Shown here in pieces: positions 1 to 12,567 of a stretch of DNA of 64,000 nt. The position numbers and the translations under genes were made by a program. The first letter of the stretch is position 1. Each line of letters opens with the position of its first letter. Source of the DNA: Chrysomallon squamiferum (taxonomy: Eukaryota > Animalia > Mollusca); the NCBI GenBank assembly GCA_012295275.1, contig CM022666.1, positions 14,694,001 to 14,758,000 on the forward strand. The letters are read 5' to 3'. Below the pieces are notes generated by a model. That model was not told the origin of the DNA, ran no database searches, and was given only the letters and a program-made list of their open reading frames with translations.

Positions 1-966
1 TTGTTGTTCCAGAAATTAGATCCGAAAACAGATTTTCAAGTAAATAATCGTTTATTCATAAATTCTCTGATTATCAGTAGACGATTATTATTCTCTACAA
101 ATAGAATAGAGATTTGCCAGTTTTATGTGCAGTCAGTCCGCGGCTTACTATTTCTTTCCGTTCTTACGTGCGTCTGTAAGTCTGGTAAGTAACGTACGGT
201 TTGCATCTTAGTCAAATATTTATCTACGAATAAAATTATAATATAAATGTATTTTACCTGAAATATCCGAAATATAATACAAGATCAACAACTACAACAA
301 CAACTATGATAATTATACAACAAGAGGATTACTAGTTCAATGTTTTTACACTTTGTGATGTTGGTTTCATTTATAGTTTCTCAATAAATCGAGATGCAGT
401 TTCTGAGAAGATTGTTCACTCTGCTGTTAAATGACAGTCATATTAACATAGAAAATTACTAACATGGACAATTCTTATTACAAAACCAGTCTTTATAAAC
501 AGTAAATTAGAGGTAATGCTACAGTAATGAAACTGAAATGTTGATACTGGAACCCGAATATAATGACTTTATTAAATGTTGTATTTTATATTAAATATAT
601 ATCTGCCTGAATAGGAGCTGTTTTTCACGGCTGGTTATATCTGTATAATTGTCGTATGAGCCTCTATAAACCCGTATTTGAGCATATCCAGTGTATGGCT
701 GCAGTATGTGTGTATATATTTTAACATTCTCTGTCTTACGTACGTCTGAATAGACTCTGCACAAAGACAATATTAGGGAACGCGCTGGGACAAGAGGACA
801 AAGTCCAATTACGACATTACAGACCTTTCAGATGCGCTGGAGCTAGTCGAAAGTACGTCACCAATTCCCCTGCACTTTTCATTTCGGCCATGAAGACAAG
901 ATTCGCTTCTCAAGTAGCACACCATTCTTTGTGTCTTTCGTCATTTCTGCATACATCTATATTTTG

Positions 967-969
<3 letters not shown>

Positions 970-1045
<76 letters not shown>

Positions 1046-1245
1046 CATGTATGTATGTATGTATGCATGTATGTATGTATGTATGCATGCATGTATGTAT
1101 GTATGTATGTATGTATGTATGTATGTATGCATGTATGTATATAGCGTACGTGTATATGTATTTATGTATGTATAATCTGTGTGTATGTACGTATATGTAT
1201 ATGTATGCATATATATATATATATGTATGTATGTATGTATGTATA

Positions 1246-1276
<31 letters not shown>

Positions 1277-1344
1277 ATGTATGCATGTATGTATGTATGT
1301 GTGCATGTATGTATATAGCGTACGTGTATATGTATTTATGTATG

Positions 1345-1432
<88 letters not shown>

Positions 1433-1448
1433 CACACACACACACACA
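970..1448. repeat. Compound microsatellite (TA)n/(TG)n/(TATG)n/(GA)n with an internal ~180-bp duplication
   Basis: Directly visible. The block 'atagcgtacgtgtatatgtatttatgtatg' occurs at ~1141 and ~1315. It generates the spurious low-complexity ORFs at 890-1569. Confidence 0.97.
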
Positions 1449-2004
1449 GACATCTGCATATATATTCATAAATACACGCATATTCTTCATCATCGTCCTT
1501 GTTACATGATAAATACGTATTCCTGTTAAACCACAGAACAATACAATGAAGACTTCGGGTTCTGTTCAATAATCAGAAAATAAGGGGAAATCAGAATAGT
1601 AAATATTTTAATTTACATATTTGTTTATTTGTTTGTTTTTATATTTGTTTCCATATTCCTTTATTTTTATTGTTCTTTTTCTTTTTCTTACATTTTTTTC
1701 GGGTCAAGAATTTAAAATAATATTTTTTTTTTTTTTATAAAGTGTCACTGATAGACAGGTAAATGGAACTGAATAAAAATAATAAATATTGTATTACTAA
1801 TACCATTCACTGATAATTTAATTAATGTGTAAAAAAAACACACAAAAAAAAAAAAAAAAAAAAAACCCAACAACAACGAAGGAACGAACGAAGAAAGAAA
1901 TTAAATGATACATATATAAACAATCTAATAAATAAATAAATAAATAAATAGAAGAAAAAAGGGTGATGAAGTTACATAACAAAACAATAGAAAAAGAAAA
2001 GAAA

Positions 2005-2079
<75 letters not shown>

Positions 2080-2135
2080 AATACAGTAAAATAAATTAAG
2101 TAAATTAAACGAAAAATGATAAACAAATTTTCAAA

Positions 2136-2192
<57 letters not shown>

Positions 2193-2203
2193 TGATGATG
2201 ATG

Positions 2204-2250
<47 letters not shown>

Positions 2251-2684
2251 GTAATAATAATAATAATAATAATAGGAACAACAGCACCAACAACTTTATA
2301 CTCGCTTGAAACTTTCAGATCCGGCTCTGTCAAGAAGAAATAAATAACTGAAGCATGTGACGATTCATTCAGGTTTCACAATACGATATAAGAGTCTAAG
2401 TTTGTACTAACCAGTAAAAAGCTGTGATGTGGAAATTGGTCACTGGTTATACACAAACATTGGTAATTATGTGTTTTTATAACGGAGAGGTAAACGACAA
2501 TAAGTACGTTTCGAATTTTCCATTAAAATATAACCAAAGAAAACTGCATTTTATTTATGACAAAAAAAAAAAAAAAGAAAAGAAATACGCACAGATACAT
2601 AAAAAGACAGGAAAAAATATCTTCAAACTTTATTAAAGATTACTTTGTTATATCTTAAGATTACTCTATCTTAACAAGGTTGTT

Positions 2685-2800
2685 AGATACGACCCTGTTT
2701 AAAAGAAAGAGGTCACGAGGCGTAGTGATATTACCGCAGTGCTTAATATTAACCATATAAGGAGATTTTGAATACCTGCAGTTGTGGGACTATTTTCTCA
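2685..2800 (+). promoter_or_regulatory. Putative core promoter of TRIM paralog A
   Basis: ~110-bp non-coding block highly similar to 29400-29512 upstream of the second TRIM. It contains GGTCACGAGGCGTAGT, a TATA-like CATATAA (2754-2760), CTGCAGT ~25 nt later, and GGGACTATTT. Confidence 0.55.
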
Positions 2801-3679
2801 ATGTAGTTATAAAATGACGTAGGACGGCAAACTGAAGATATTTTCTTTTTAACTATTAGCAGCAAGGTGCATAGAGAAATAAGAGAAGCAATAATTATCA
2901 ACTTTGTTCACCGCAGCAAGTGTACAGGTATAAGGACCTATTAACGTTATAAACTGGGTTTGTAAAAGAAGAAGGTATAACGACATTAATATCTGTTATC
3001 ATTACAAATAAAACTTTAAACAGTTCTACAATGTGACGACAGTAATAACTAGTACCATGAAAACCATGTTTAATAGCTAATTCAGTCACAAACGGTGTGT
3101 CGGATGATATAAAGATTTCAATAAGGATGAAAGTTACAAAGTGTGTTTGTAACAGCAAGAAAATCTAAAAGAAAACGTGATTATGTCACAGGTATTGCTT
3201 CTTTGTATTTTTAATTTATAACATTTTTAATAAAAATAATGTAAATTTAGTAGCCCACTGAGGAACACAGATCAATTTTCACTTTGCACTTACTTTGTTT
3301 ACTGTTTCTCTAAGGTAGCTTTAAAATAAGTGTTATCATCACAGCCTCTGGCACAGCCCTTACCGAGAGTTCACCAGAGAGATATAAAACTATATCGTAC
3401 AAGTAAGAATGACTTTGACAAACCAGTCTGCTGAATATATATTTTGTAATAAAATAATTACTTCTTTCTGTGAGGAATTCTAACAATAATAATCGATCTC
3501 ATTTCAGATTTTGCGAGGACAAAGTTTAACCCATAATTTCATGATACAGTAAACCTGCACAAGACAGAATGTCTGAAAGGAATACTGACTCGAAATAAAA
3601 TTAATGAACGCGTCTTAACTATGCAAAAATTTGATCTTCAGTAAATACACACTACTGAAACAAGTTGATAAATTCGACA

Positions 3680-6600
3680 ATGGCGGAAGCGGCTGCCGTT
3701 CCTTTGTTCGAAATAAAAAACGAGTTCGTGATTTGTGAAGTGTGTTTAGAATATTTTGACGATGCCGGAAGAATGCCTCATGTTTTGCCTTGTAACCACA
3801 CCTTTTGTTATCAGTGTCTGGAAGCTCTTTCGCAGAAATCAGCGCAAAGTATAAAATGTCTGTACTGTCGGAAACTGTGGCCTGTTGAAAACAGCATTGA
3901 GACAACATTTCCTAAGAATAAAACTGTTTGTAACCTTGTTGAGTACATTGCACTAAAAAACAATCCAGAGAAAGTTATGTGCAAGAAATGTCCCAACAGA
4001 TCTGTGGCAACTCTACACTGTCTCGACTGTTCTGAGCCGATGTGCGAGTTTTGCTCTGGATTTCATAAAAAGTTTACACTTTTACAACATCACAAGACTG
4101 TTCCAATATCCCAGTTGTCAGAAAGCGACTTTTTCCATCACCCAGATATTTGCGAGCAACACAGCAATATGAAAAACTATCTTTTCTGCAAAACTTGTTC
4201 GTTGGCTGTCTGTTCGTCCTGCAGTCTTGCAAAACATTTGAATCACACGCTGTCTAACATGAAAGACATCTACGATGAACACAAACAACGAATCAAAACT
4301 GCCTAGAGTGATTTACTTGAATCAAGAAAACATTGCACATCATACAGAGAGAAACTAAGAAAAAAAAAGATGATACTTGATCAAATACAGCACGATCTTT
4401 AAAATAAGATTGATGAAATGCACAAGACAATAGTAAACAAGATTAGTGTCGTCACAACACAGATAAAGGAAGACGTAGTGTCCAATGTAAGAAAACAAAA
4501 ATCTGACAGAGATGAACAGCTGCAAGTTGTGGAAAAGACAGAAAAGTTAAACGATGAACATTTTCTTTATTGTCAAAAAGTATTACAATTTGCGACAGAG
4601 ATTGAACTTATCGAGACGTCAGGAATGCTCGAAAACAAAACAAAATCTTTGTCGCTTTCACTGCCTGAACTGCAAATAGAGAATATTGATGTAGATTTCA
4701 AGTTTTTAAAACGTGTTGAAAGAAGCTTAGACAAATCAGCAATCGTGTGTAACGTCTCGCAGTTCCGTCCTTACATTGAGTTGTCTGACGTTGGAACGGG
4801 ACAAGTCTCCGACGTTCTCAAGTACACACTGTTGTTAGAAGAACATGATGATGAAAATATAAAAATAGATGCCGTTATCGAACCGCCTGGAGGAAACGAG
4901 CCAGCTGTAAAACAAACGTTGACTTCTGTTTCTGCTATTACTGGAAGTTTCCAGTTCAAACCCGCACAAAATCTCACTCACTGTGAACGGAGAAAACTTA
5001 CAAGAGGAACAGTTTGTGTTTCACAGCAGAGAAAACGGTGAGTTCGAAATCAATTCTTTATTGTTTAAACATATTGAAAATAACATAAATATCACGCAAA
5101 CAGATTCTTAGTTCGGAGAATTTTTATTTATTTATTTATGTATGTGTGTATGTATGTATGAATGTATGTATGTAATTTCTATCCCATAAATGGCGTCACG
5201 GGATCAGTAGATAAAACCGGTTGCTTCAAATAATTTTATTTATTTGTTTATATTTTGTTATTCAGAAAATGTTAGTTGCAAGTAAGAACATGTTTTAAAG
5301 TAATCTGATAATTTGTTTGCAAATAAAACTAATTTTATTATTCATTTAACTACTTACCACTATCAATACGGTCGTCAAAATTGCGTAACTATAGAAGATG
5401 CATTATCATGGCAACCACTAAGTTACAACCACATCACGACACTGTCGACACTTACTGTCACTCTCAGTGTAGTAATAGTTTGACTACTTTTATTTTCTTG
5501 TGCAGTTTCAAGTAGTAACTGTGTATAAGAATGTAGTACAGTTACAAAATATCTGGACTACGCCATTATTTTCTGATTAAGTCTAACGTTTAAATACATA
5601 AATAAATAAATAAATTCAGCGAAATTAATTGTTATTGTTGTTTTCAGTCGGCAGATTTTACTTTTAGGGCATTTTTTAACAGCACCTACAACAGCGCATG
5701 GTTGTTTTAAGCAATGTTTTTAAGTTTTTAATAAATCGTGTAGAAAGTTAGTAATGGTAATATGAAAATAAAAATAGTACATCACTTATGCGTTTATTAT
5801 TCTATTTATAAAAATTGACTATAGAGATAGGATTCCTATAATTTAAAAGTAGGACAGTATCCAATAACTGGTTCAAACTGGTGCACATGTATGATATTTA
5901 TAAACCGTCTGCTGAAGTGTTGTGGAGAGATCACATTACCGTAATAACCTACAATATCGTCGTGCTGTCAATGTTAATCGTTGTTTCATGATAACTGAAA
6001 ATATACAATATGGCCGCAGTTAAGTCAGTATCCAGTGAAATGAGTAATGGACACTTACGAGAGAAAAAACATGCAGCTACAAATATGTATTACATTTACT
6101 GTAAGATATATAAATAGTATCTGCAATAGAAATTGTTCATTTTATACAAATTGTGCTTATGCATCCTTAAAGATTACCAACATTTCCGTTTAACATAATA
6201 ACTATTTGGCTTTCTGCGAATTATAGGTACGCATACATTATACTTCAAGCGCTCAATGCTAAATTTTGTAAAGAGTTAAATCATGTGGTCAATTTTCTAA
6301 CAAACAACTGAGCTCCGGAAGTGAAACTTGGCTGCCAGCTTACAACTCGTGTTTGTTAAACTTATTGAAATTGATATTCATGGAACTCTAAAACACAGAC
6401 GATTATTTTGTCTGCAAAATTCTCACGATAAACGGCGAATGAAACTCGATGAATCCAAAATTTATTACTCGATTGCTGAATTAAAACTAATCACTCTTAT
6501 TCTTCTTCTTCTTTTTATTATTATTATTATTTATTTTTATTTTTTTTACTTACATATTTATTTATTTATTTTTTTTTTTATTATTATTATTATTATTTTT

Positions 6601-7093
6601 TTTTTTGTTGAGTATCAGCAATTGATTTTTAAAAGATTGTTTATTTTTCCTTTTAGTGTTGATTAGCTTCATGGGAGAAAATACCAACAGTGGTCAGATG
6701 ATAGGTAACTTTTGTTTTCAGTCAAATCACAGCAAGTACAAACAAAGAAAACTGTTTTATTTCATTTCAAATTTCCGTACCTGCGCCTTTAATTGCCTGT
6801 AGTCTTATGATTACAGGAATTTTATTGTCCCTGATTAGTACCTCCAACACTTTTCTGGAATGGGCTCAAAGCTTTCGCTGAGTTTGTGTATTGCAGAAAA
6901 TTATTTGCTTAAAAATTATTTGCTTGTAGTCCTTTTAAGTATCACACACATAAGCTATATATTTAAAATACTTATGACTGAAAAATCGAGATACATGTGT
7001 AAAAACGTTATGGTTTGCTACTCAGAGTTGTTAGGCACATCTCAATTTGTTTTTCTTTTTTTGTCTTTAAAGTGGCAGGTTGTGATGTTTTAA
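3680..7093 (+). pseudogene. TRIM E3 ligase pseudogene (RING, B-box1, B-box2, coiled coil, filamin-like Ig fold, degenerate terminal exon)
   Basis: ATG at 3680. RING CEVC..PCNHTFCYQC..CLYC; B-boxes CKKC..CLDC..CEFC..H..H and CEQH..CKTC..CSSC..H..H. The same frame carries stops TAG 4304 and TAA 4400. A frameshift near 4963 restores a filamin-like 'FKP/HKISLTVNGENL', ending at a phase-1 donor (5037|GTGAGT). A candidate last exon after the acceptor at 6656 begins 'LISFMGENTN', resembling paralog B 'TMEFSGETLN', and is followed by 3' flank homologous to that of paralog B. Confidence 0.85.
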
Positions 7094-8216
7094 CCATCTT
7101 AAATCATGTAAGTAACAGTTTTTATTTATTTACTTTAATTACTTTAAAAACAAACAACAAAAGTAAATTTGTAAAGTAAACAACTGTCTGACTGTCTGTT
7201 ATTGTTTATCTCTGTACTATATTTAAATAAACTAAATATAAATATTCTCAGTGACAAAAACAGGCTGTCAGTGTCATCCACACACACACACACACACACA
7301 CAGACACACACATATTTATACACACATATAGATACACACACAGACATCCAGATGTACACACATTCACACACATGGACTATTACACTTACTATCTAAATTA
7401 TTTGTAAAAGTAATAAATTTGTAAATTTTCAGTTTTAAATCTCATTAGAAGTAATCCTCAGTCTACAGTGACTCTCTACAATCCACTCCATGTTGACTAT
7501 CTAGTCTACTTTGTTAATCAGTTAACTCTTTATGTGCTGTGTACCTGTGTTTTTGTGAAGAGTAAATTAACTGTTTGAACACATTACACTGTATTACAAT
7601 ACACCTTGTGTAACAGGTAAATGTTTCACTTTATATTTCTGATTTAAACTGAAATGAAGTTTTTATTTTATACACTTAAACTGTGATTTTATTTAAATAA
7701 TGAGTGAAATTGTTGGTGAATCTCATATTTTATGACACTATTGTTGCAATTTATGTAGATGATAGATAAATATTATTAAAAAGATTGTTGAATTTTTATT
7801 TATTTGAATGATGCCAGGTACATGTAAAAATTAATGAAGGCTTAAAAATGTAAATAAATAAATGTGTTATTATAAAATTGATTTTTGTTCTCACTGCTAA
7901 ATGTGTATAATGTTTATATGGAAAATGAATACTGTGTTACTTTTCATTTATTCCTTCTTTATTTCCTTCCCTAAGTTTTATATGTATTTTTATTACATTT
8001 TTATTTTATTTATTTGTTTCTTCTGTTTTAGATTCTTCACTCTTTCCTGTATTATACCATTCAGCTGTTTTTATTGCTTCTTTAGATTTTTGTTTTCTAT
8101 TTACTTCTCTTTTCGTTTGTTTGTTTCCGATTTTTGCTTTGTTTTTGTACAAAAAAGGCGATTTCAAAGCTGCTTTGAACTGCAGTTAAATTATGAATGT
8201 TTATTCAAAATTATAT

Positions 8217-8261
<45 letters not shown>

Positions 8262-10245
8262 GGCTGATTATGATAATGAAGATAAAGACTGTTGTCATCA
8301 ATAATTTACAAACAAAAAGAAACAACTTCAAATAATATTGTCAGGTAGTCGACAGGATTATAGGAACAACAAAATAATTCAAAATGGATAGAAATAAGAA
8401 AAGAACAAACAAACAAACAAACAAACAAAATCAATTATTGAATCAAACAAAAAAAAAAAAAAGATGGAATGAGAAAAAAATAGGCAAAAATTCAAATAAA
8501 ATCAAAATCAAAAATAAAACGCCTTAAATAAACAAATTAAAAATCAATAAATTAATAAATCTATAAATAGCTTGAAAGGAACCTATGTTTAACTGGTGTT
8601 TAAACAGATCTGTTTGTGGTTTAAGGGAAATAACTCCAGTGACGACATAATAAATGTATTATTTATTTATTTTAACTTTTTTAATTTTTTGTTTAATTAA
8701 TATTTTGTTTGTTTATTTATTTAGTTAGTTCATTTCCTTTAACTTTTGTTAGTATTATTTTTTTTATTTGATGTTTTAAATTTATTTATTTACTTATTTT
8801 ATTTTATTTTATTTTTTTTTTTTTTTTTTGCTGTTATTATCCTGCTCACTTTTTAACATACATTTTACGAAATAAAAAAAAAAAAAAAAAAAAAACAATC
8901 ATCGTAATACAATTTTTTTTTTTTTTTTTACAATTTCCATATAGAAATAAAAGTATGCAAGATAAAATTGAGGACAAAAGAATAAAGAATGATGGGATGA
9001 GAAAGAAAATGAAAACAAATTAAAATAAAATAAACATTCAGAACAAACTCTAAAACGCATTAATAAAGAAACAAACATAAATAAATAATCAAAGAAATCA
9101 ATAAATTAATAAATAATTTGAAAGGAACTTATGTTTCAATTGGTGCATAAACAGAGCTGTTGTCATTCTGTGTTCTGCAGTCTGTGATTGGTATATAAGT
9201 TAGATGAGCAGCAATGTTTAGAAAGAATCTTGTATTTTTTATGAGAATTCATTATTTATATTTTTTTAAATCAATAATCTTTGATCTTTCAAGGCTCGGC
9301 TTGTTTCAGTTTGGTACTTCTTTTGCTGCGTGTGTTCAGTAACCTTACTGTAATGCAGTACTGATCAATAGGCTGGTCACGCGAAGCTCAAACCTAACAA
9401 CCATTGTTTTGTTGAATTTTGTCAGAAACAAAGATGGTAACTCTCAGTCTGTGTCTGATGCTGCCGGGCGGTGACGAAGGTCAGTCAGGTGATTTATATT
9501 TTCATTGTCTGAGTTAATCAACCATGTAAGCCTAACACTCTAAAAATAATTATTTGAAAAACAAACAAACAAACAAAGAAGTTTTATGGAGATAAGAAAA
9601 ATAATTTAAATTTGAATGATCGTAGAACTTAATTTCTGTTTGCTCGTTGTTGTTTTTGTTTCTGATGACAGAGGGAATCTGTAACGAGTTTTAAATGTGT
9701 TGAATGTTACTTATCATTCGTACATGGAAAAGCATTCAAAATTCTAAGAGAGAGTGTTCTGCATTAATGCAGGTTTGCATCACTGCCCCGTAAACTGTAA
9801 TAAAAGAAATTTATTCATGAATTATTGTACGCGAGTTACAAAACGACGTTTATTCGTGCGTTACAAAAAGATACACTTCTAAGTCACTTAAAAAATATGT
9901 GTGTAGAGAATTGCAAAATAATATGTTTGTATGTGTTTTACTAAACAAATATATGTGTACGCGGCTTAAAAATGGTTCGTGATTTAAAAGAAGATAAAAA
10001 TGTCCAAAAGTTAGAATTTACCGTATAAGTTACCACAAATACGTTTATATGTCAGTTATTTACAACAAAGAAAAAAAAAAAAAAAGATTTCAAATGCAAA
10101 AATTTATTTCACAAACATTTTAATGTCATCTTCTTTCAGTTTCGCGAAAACAAGAGATATTAAAAATGACTTTCCGATAAAAAGATATGACGAATTTGTG
10201 TGTATGCGTCTGTGTGTCTGCATATATGTATTAACGTACGTCTCT

Positions 10246-10292
<47 letters not shown>

Positions 10293-10432
10293 AATAAATA
10301 TATATACCGGTGCGTTAAGTGAGAAGAAGCCGGTTGCTTATATATTGTCCCTGTCTGTTGCTATGACGTATTGTGGTCTCCATTGAACATTTTGACATAT
10401 CTTTACTTCCTTATCAAGTTTATAGTATTGAG

Positions 10433-12480
10433 ACGGAAGAAACGTGGAACCCTAACGAACCTGAAACCATACTCTTATCCAACCCAGACTGAAAAGAAGT
10501 AGATCAGTGATTACATCAATACTTACCAGACATCAATCTTCAACAGCAAGGTAAATGCTTGAAATTCTTCACTCAAGTAGAACTGTAATTAATGCAAACA
10601 GACACTATGATAAACATATATTAATAAATTCGTAATCATATACGTATATTCCTTCTTTAGATAATTTAATACGTAAAGTGGTGGTTAATTTAAATTCCAG
10701 GTATTTGACAACATCGGGTCAGAATCAAAAGTGTACGAAGAAACGACAAGATTTAAAAATGTATCTTTCAAAGATGGCCATTTCAATCAATGATCACGTG
10801 TTTCATCACGTGTTAATCAAGTGCGATGCAGATAAAGACTATAATAGTCATATGTACGAAAAGCTCTTAGATTCAAAATATTATCAGCCACAAATGGAAT
10901 TGTTGGATGAGCATGGCAACATTAAAATGTATCAGAAAAGACCCATGACTACAATTATGAATGAAAAACAACGCCTAGAAGCACCTTATCTAAAATGGCA
11001 AACAAAGAAGTCAGATTATGAGCAAATTCCAATTCAGTCAATGAAAAATCTGATGAATAATATTAAGACCTTTCTACAATCTGATCCACCAAAAAATTCA
11101 AATCCAGCAGATAATGGTCTGTTAGTTATTCATAAGCCAGATGATGCAGATACTACTGTCCAGTTAACAATAGGCACATGCATATCATTGGCAACGAAAC
11201 TGGAATTGGAAGATCAGTACGTAATGATAAGCAATATCGTGGTTTGAAGGACCAAGCTTCTAAAGTCGGGTTAACTGTGCAATCCAATAAGGTGAACGAG
11301 TTAAAAGGAGTACTGAGACATCTACAAAGAAAGAACTGTTATAAATTGATGGGTTGTAAGTGATCTGATGCTGCTTGTTGAGTATCACACTGCCAAAACT
11401 TCCAGAAAAGAAATCACGTTTCAACAAGCAATAGATAATCGTATTCAGTCAGATGAAGAAGATCCAAGCAGTGAATGGGAGGACTGGAAGAAACAATTGC
11501 AACATAATAAGATTCAACCAAACAAACAATCTGTCAAAGATATATTGATGCAGATGGCTAAGCTTGAAGAATTAGAAGTAGAACCTGATATGGCCGCTGA
11601 TGAACCAATGAAAACCTACAATAGACCACCAACTATCGAGTCTATGATCAAGATAAGTGAAAAAAGAAAGTATTAATCAAGGCCCATAATTACCAAAAAA
11701 GAAACTTTAAACTAGCATTAAAGCTGATATGCTATTAGATATCATTGTTCGTCTACTTGAAGAAAGTAAAGCACATACACGAGATGAACTGTATACCTGG
11801 ATTAGAAAGAACAAATTGATGTCTGGTCAAACTGTTGGAAGAAACGCACCTAGAAAACCACTTGGAGGTTTCTCTTATTTGATAACGTATCTTATGAGAG
11901 AATACTTAAAGGACAACTGGAACTCTTACAAAGACATGATGCTCCCGGTGAGACAACCGTAGACTATTTGAAGAAAACCGACATGCAAAGAAAAGACAGA
12001 AAAGGAAACAAAACAGCTGAATCTGAAACTAACATTACAAAAGGAACTGCCGAAAGATATGAGTCTACTTAGAGAAGGGGATTTAGAAGTATAAAGGACA
12101 ACATAAACCACCAATAAGTATCCATAAGACGTGCGCAAATCGAGACCCATGATTCGGATTTGAATATGATGTCACTGAAGCGACAATATACAGAGAAATA
12201 ATTAGCAACGACAAACAAGAAGAATTGAAAGATTTTCTCAGAAATGCTAATGCACCTAATCCAAAAAAGTGGGTTCTTTCTGCAGAATGGCTCGACAAGA
12301 AGGAAGTCGATTTGGCTGAATAGTGTCAGTCTAATTGAGATGCCGACCTTGACATAGTTTTTGATCATCCTGTCTTTGAAGGAAACATCTATCCACTTCC
12401 ATTCCGGATATGAGCATCCCACGTGCTATCGAAGCAGGAAGGAAGCCTAGCTCTGAACAGGAAGAATATGTCTGAATTAA
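10433..12480 (+). pseudogene. Disrupted Rep/NS1-like gene (HUH endonuclease-type N-terminus; SF3 helicase not found)
   Basis: A leader exon 10433-10550 (two TGA stops) splices in frame via GTAAAT..TTTAG (10551-10660) into ORF 10678. One frameshift near 11145-11175 joins 'GLLVIHKPDDAD' to 'PVNNRHMHIIG' (HUH-UU), followed by 'GVLRHLQRK' (motif III-like, His where Tyr is expected). Coding-like fragments continue at 11368, 11729 ('LLDIIVRLLEESKAHTRDELYTWI') and to ~12480. AATAAA lies at 12516. Confidence 0.5.
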
Positions 12481-12567
12481 CAGTTGAAAGCTGTTTCGAT
12501 TCTAAAGAACTTTATAATAAATATATTTTACTTTTTATTAGAGTTGAGTTAGATATTTGGTATTTTA

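Noticed and set aside
890-2343. Numerous ORFs rich in YI/HT/CV/SL/ER/N/I runs (also at 14.5-18.2, 20.1-22.7, 25-28.6 and 59.8 kb)
   Set aside because: They are translations of microsatellites, not genes.
11822-11845. 'SGQTVGRN' as a degenerate Walker A
   Set aside because: It lacks the Lys, has no preceding hydrophobic strand or following Walker B, and lies too close to the oligomerisation-like helix.
11926-12422. Minus-strand ORFs 11926-12150, 12069-12422 and 12083-12298
   Set aside because: They are most simply antisense shadows of the decayed plus-strand coding region.
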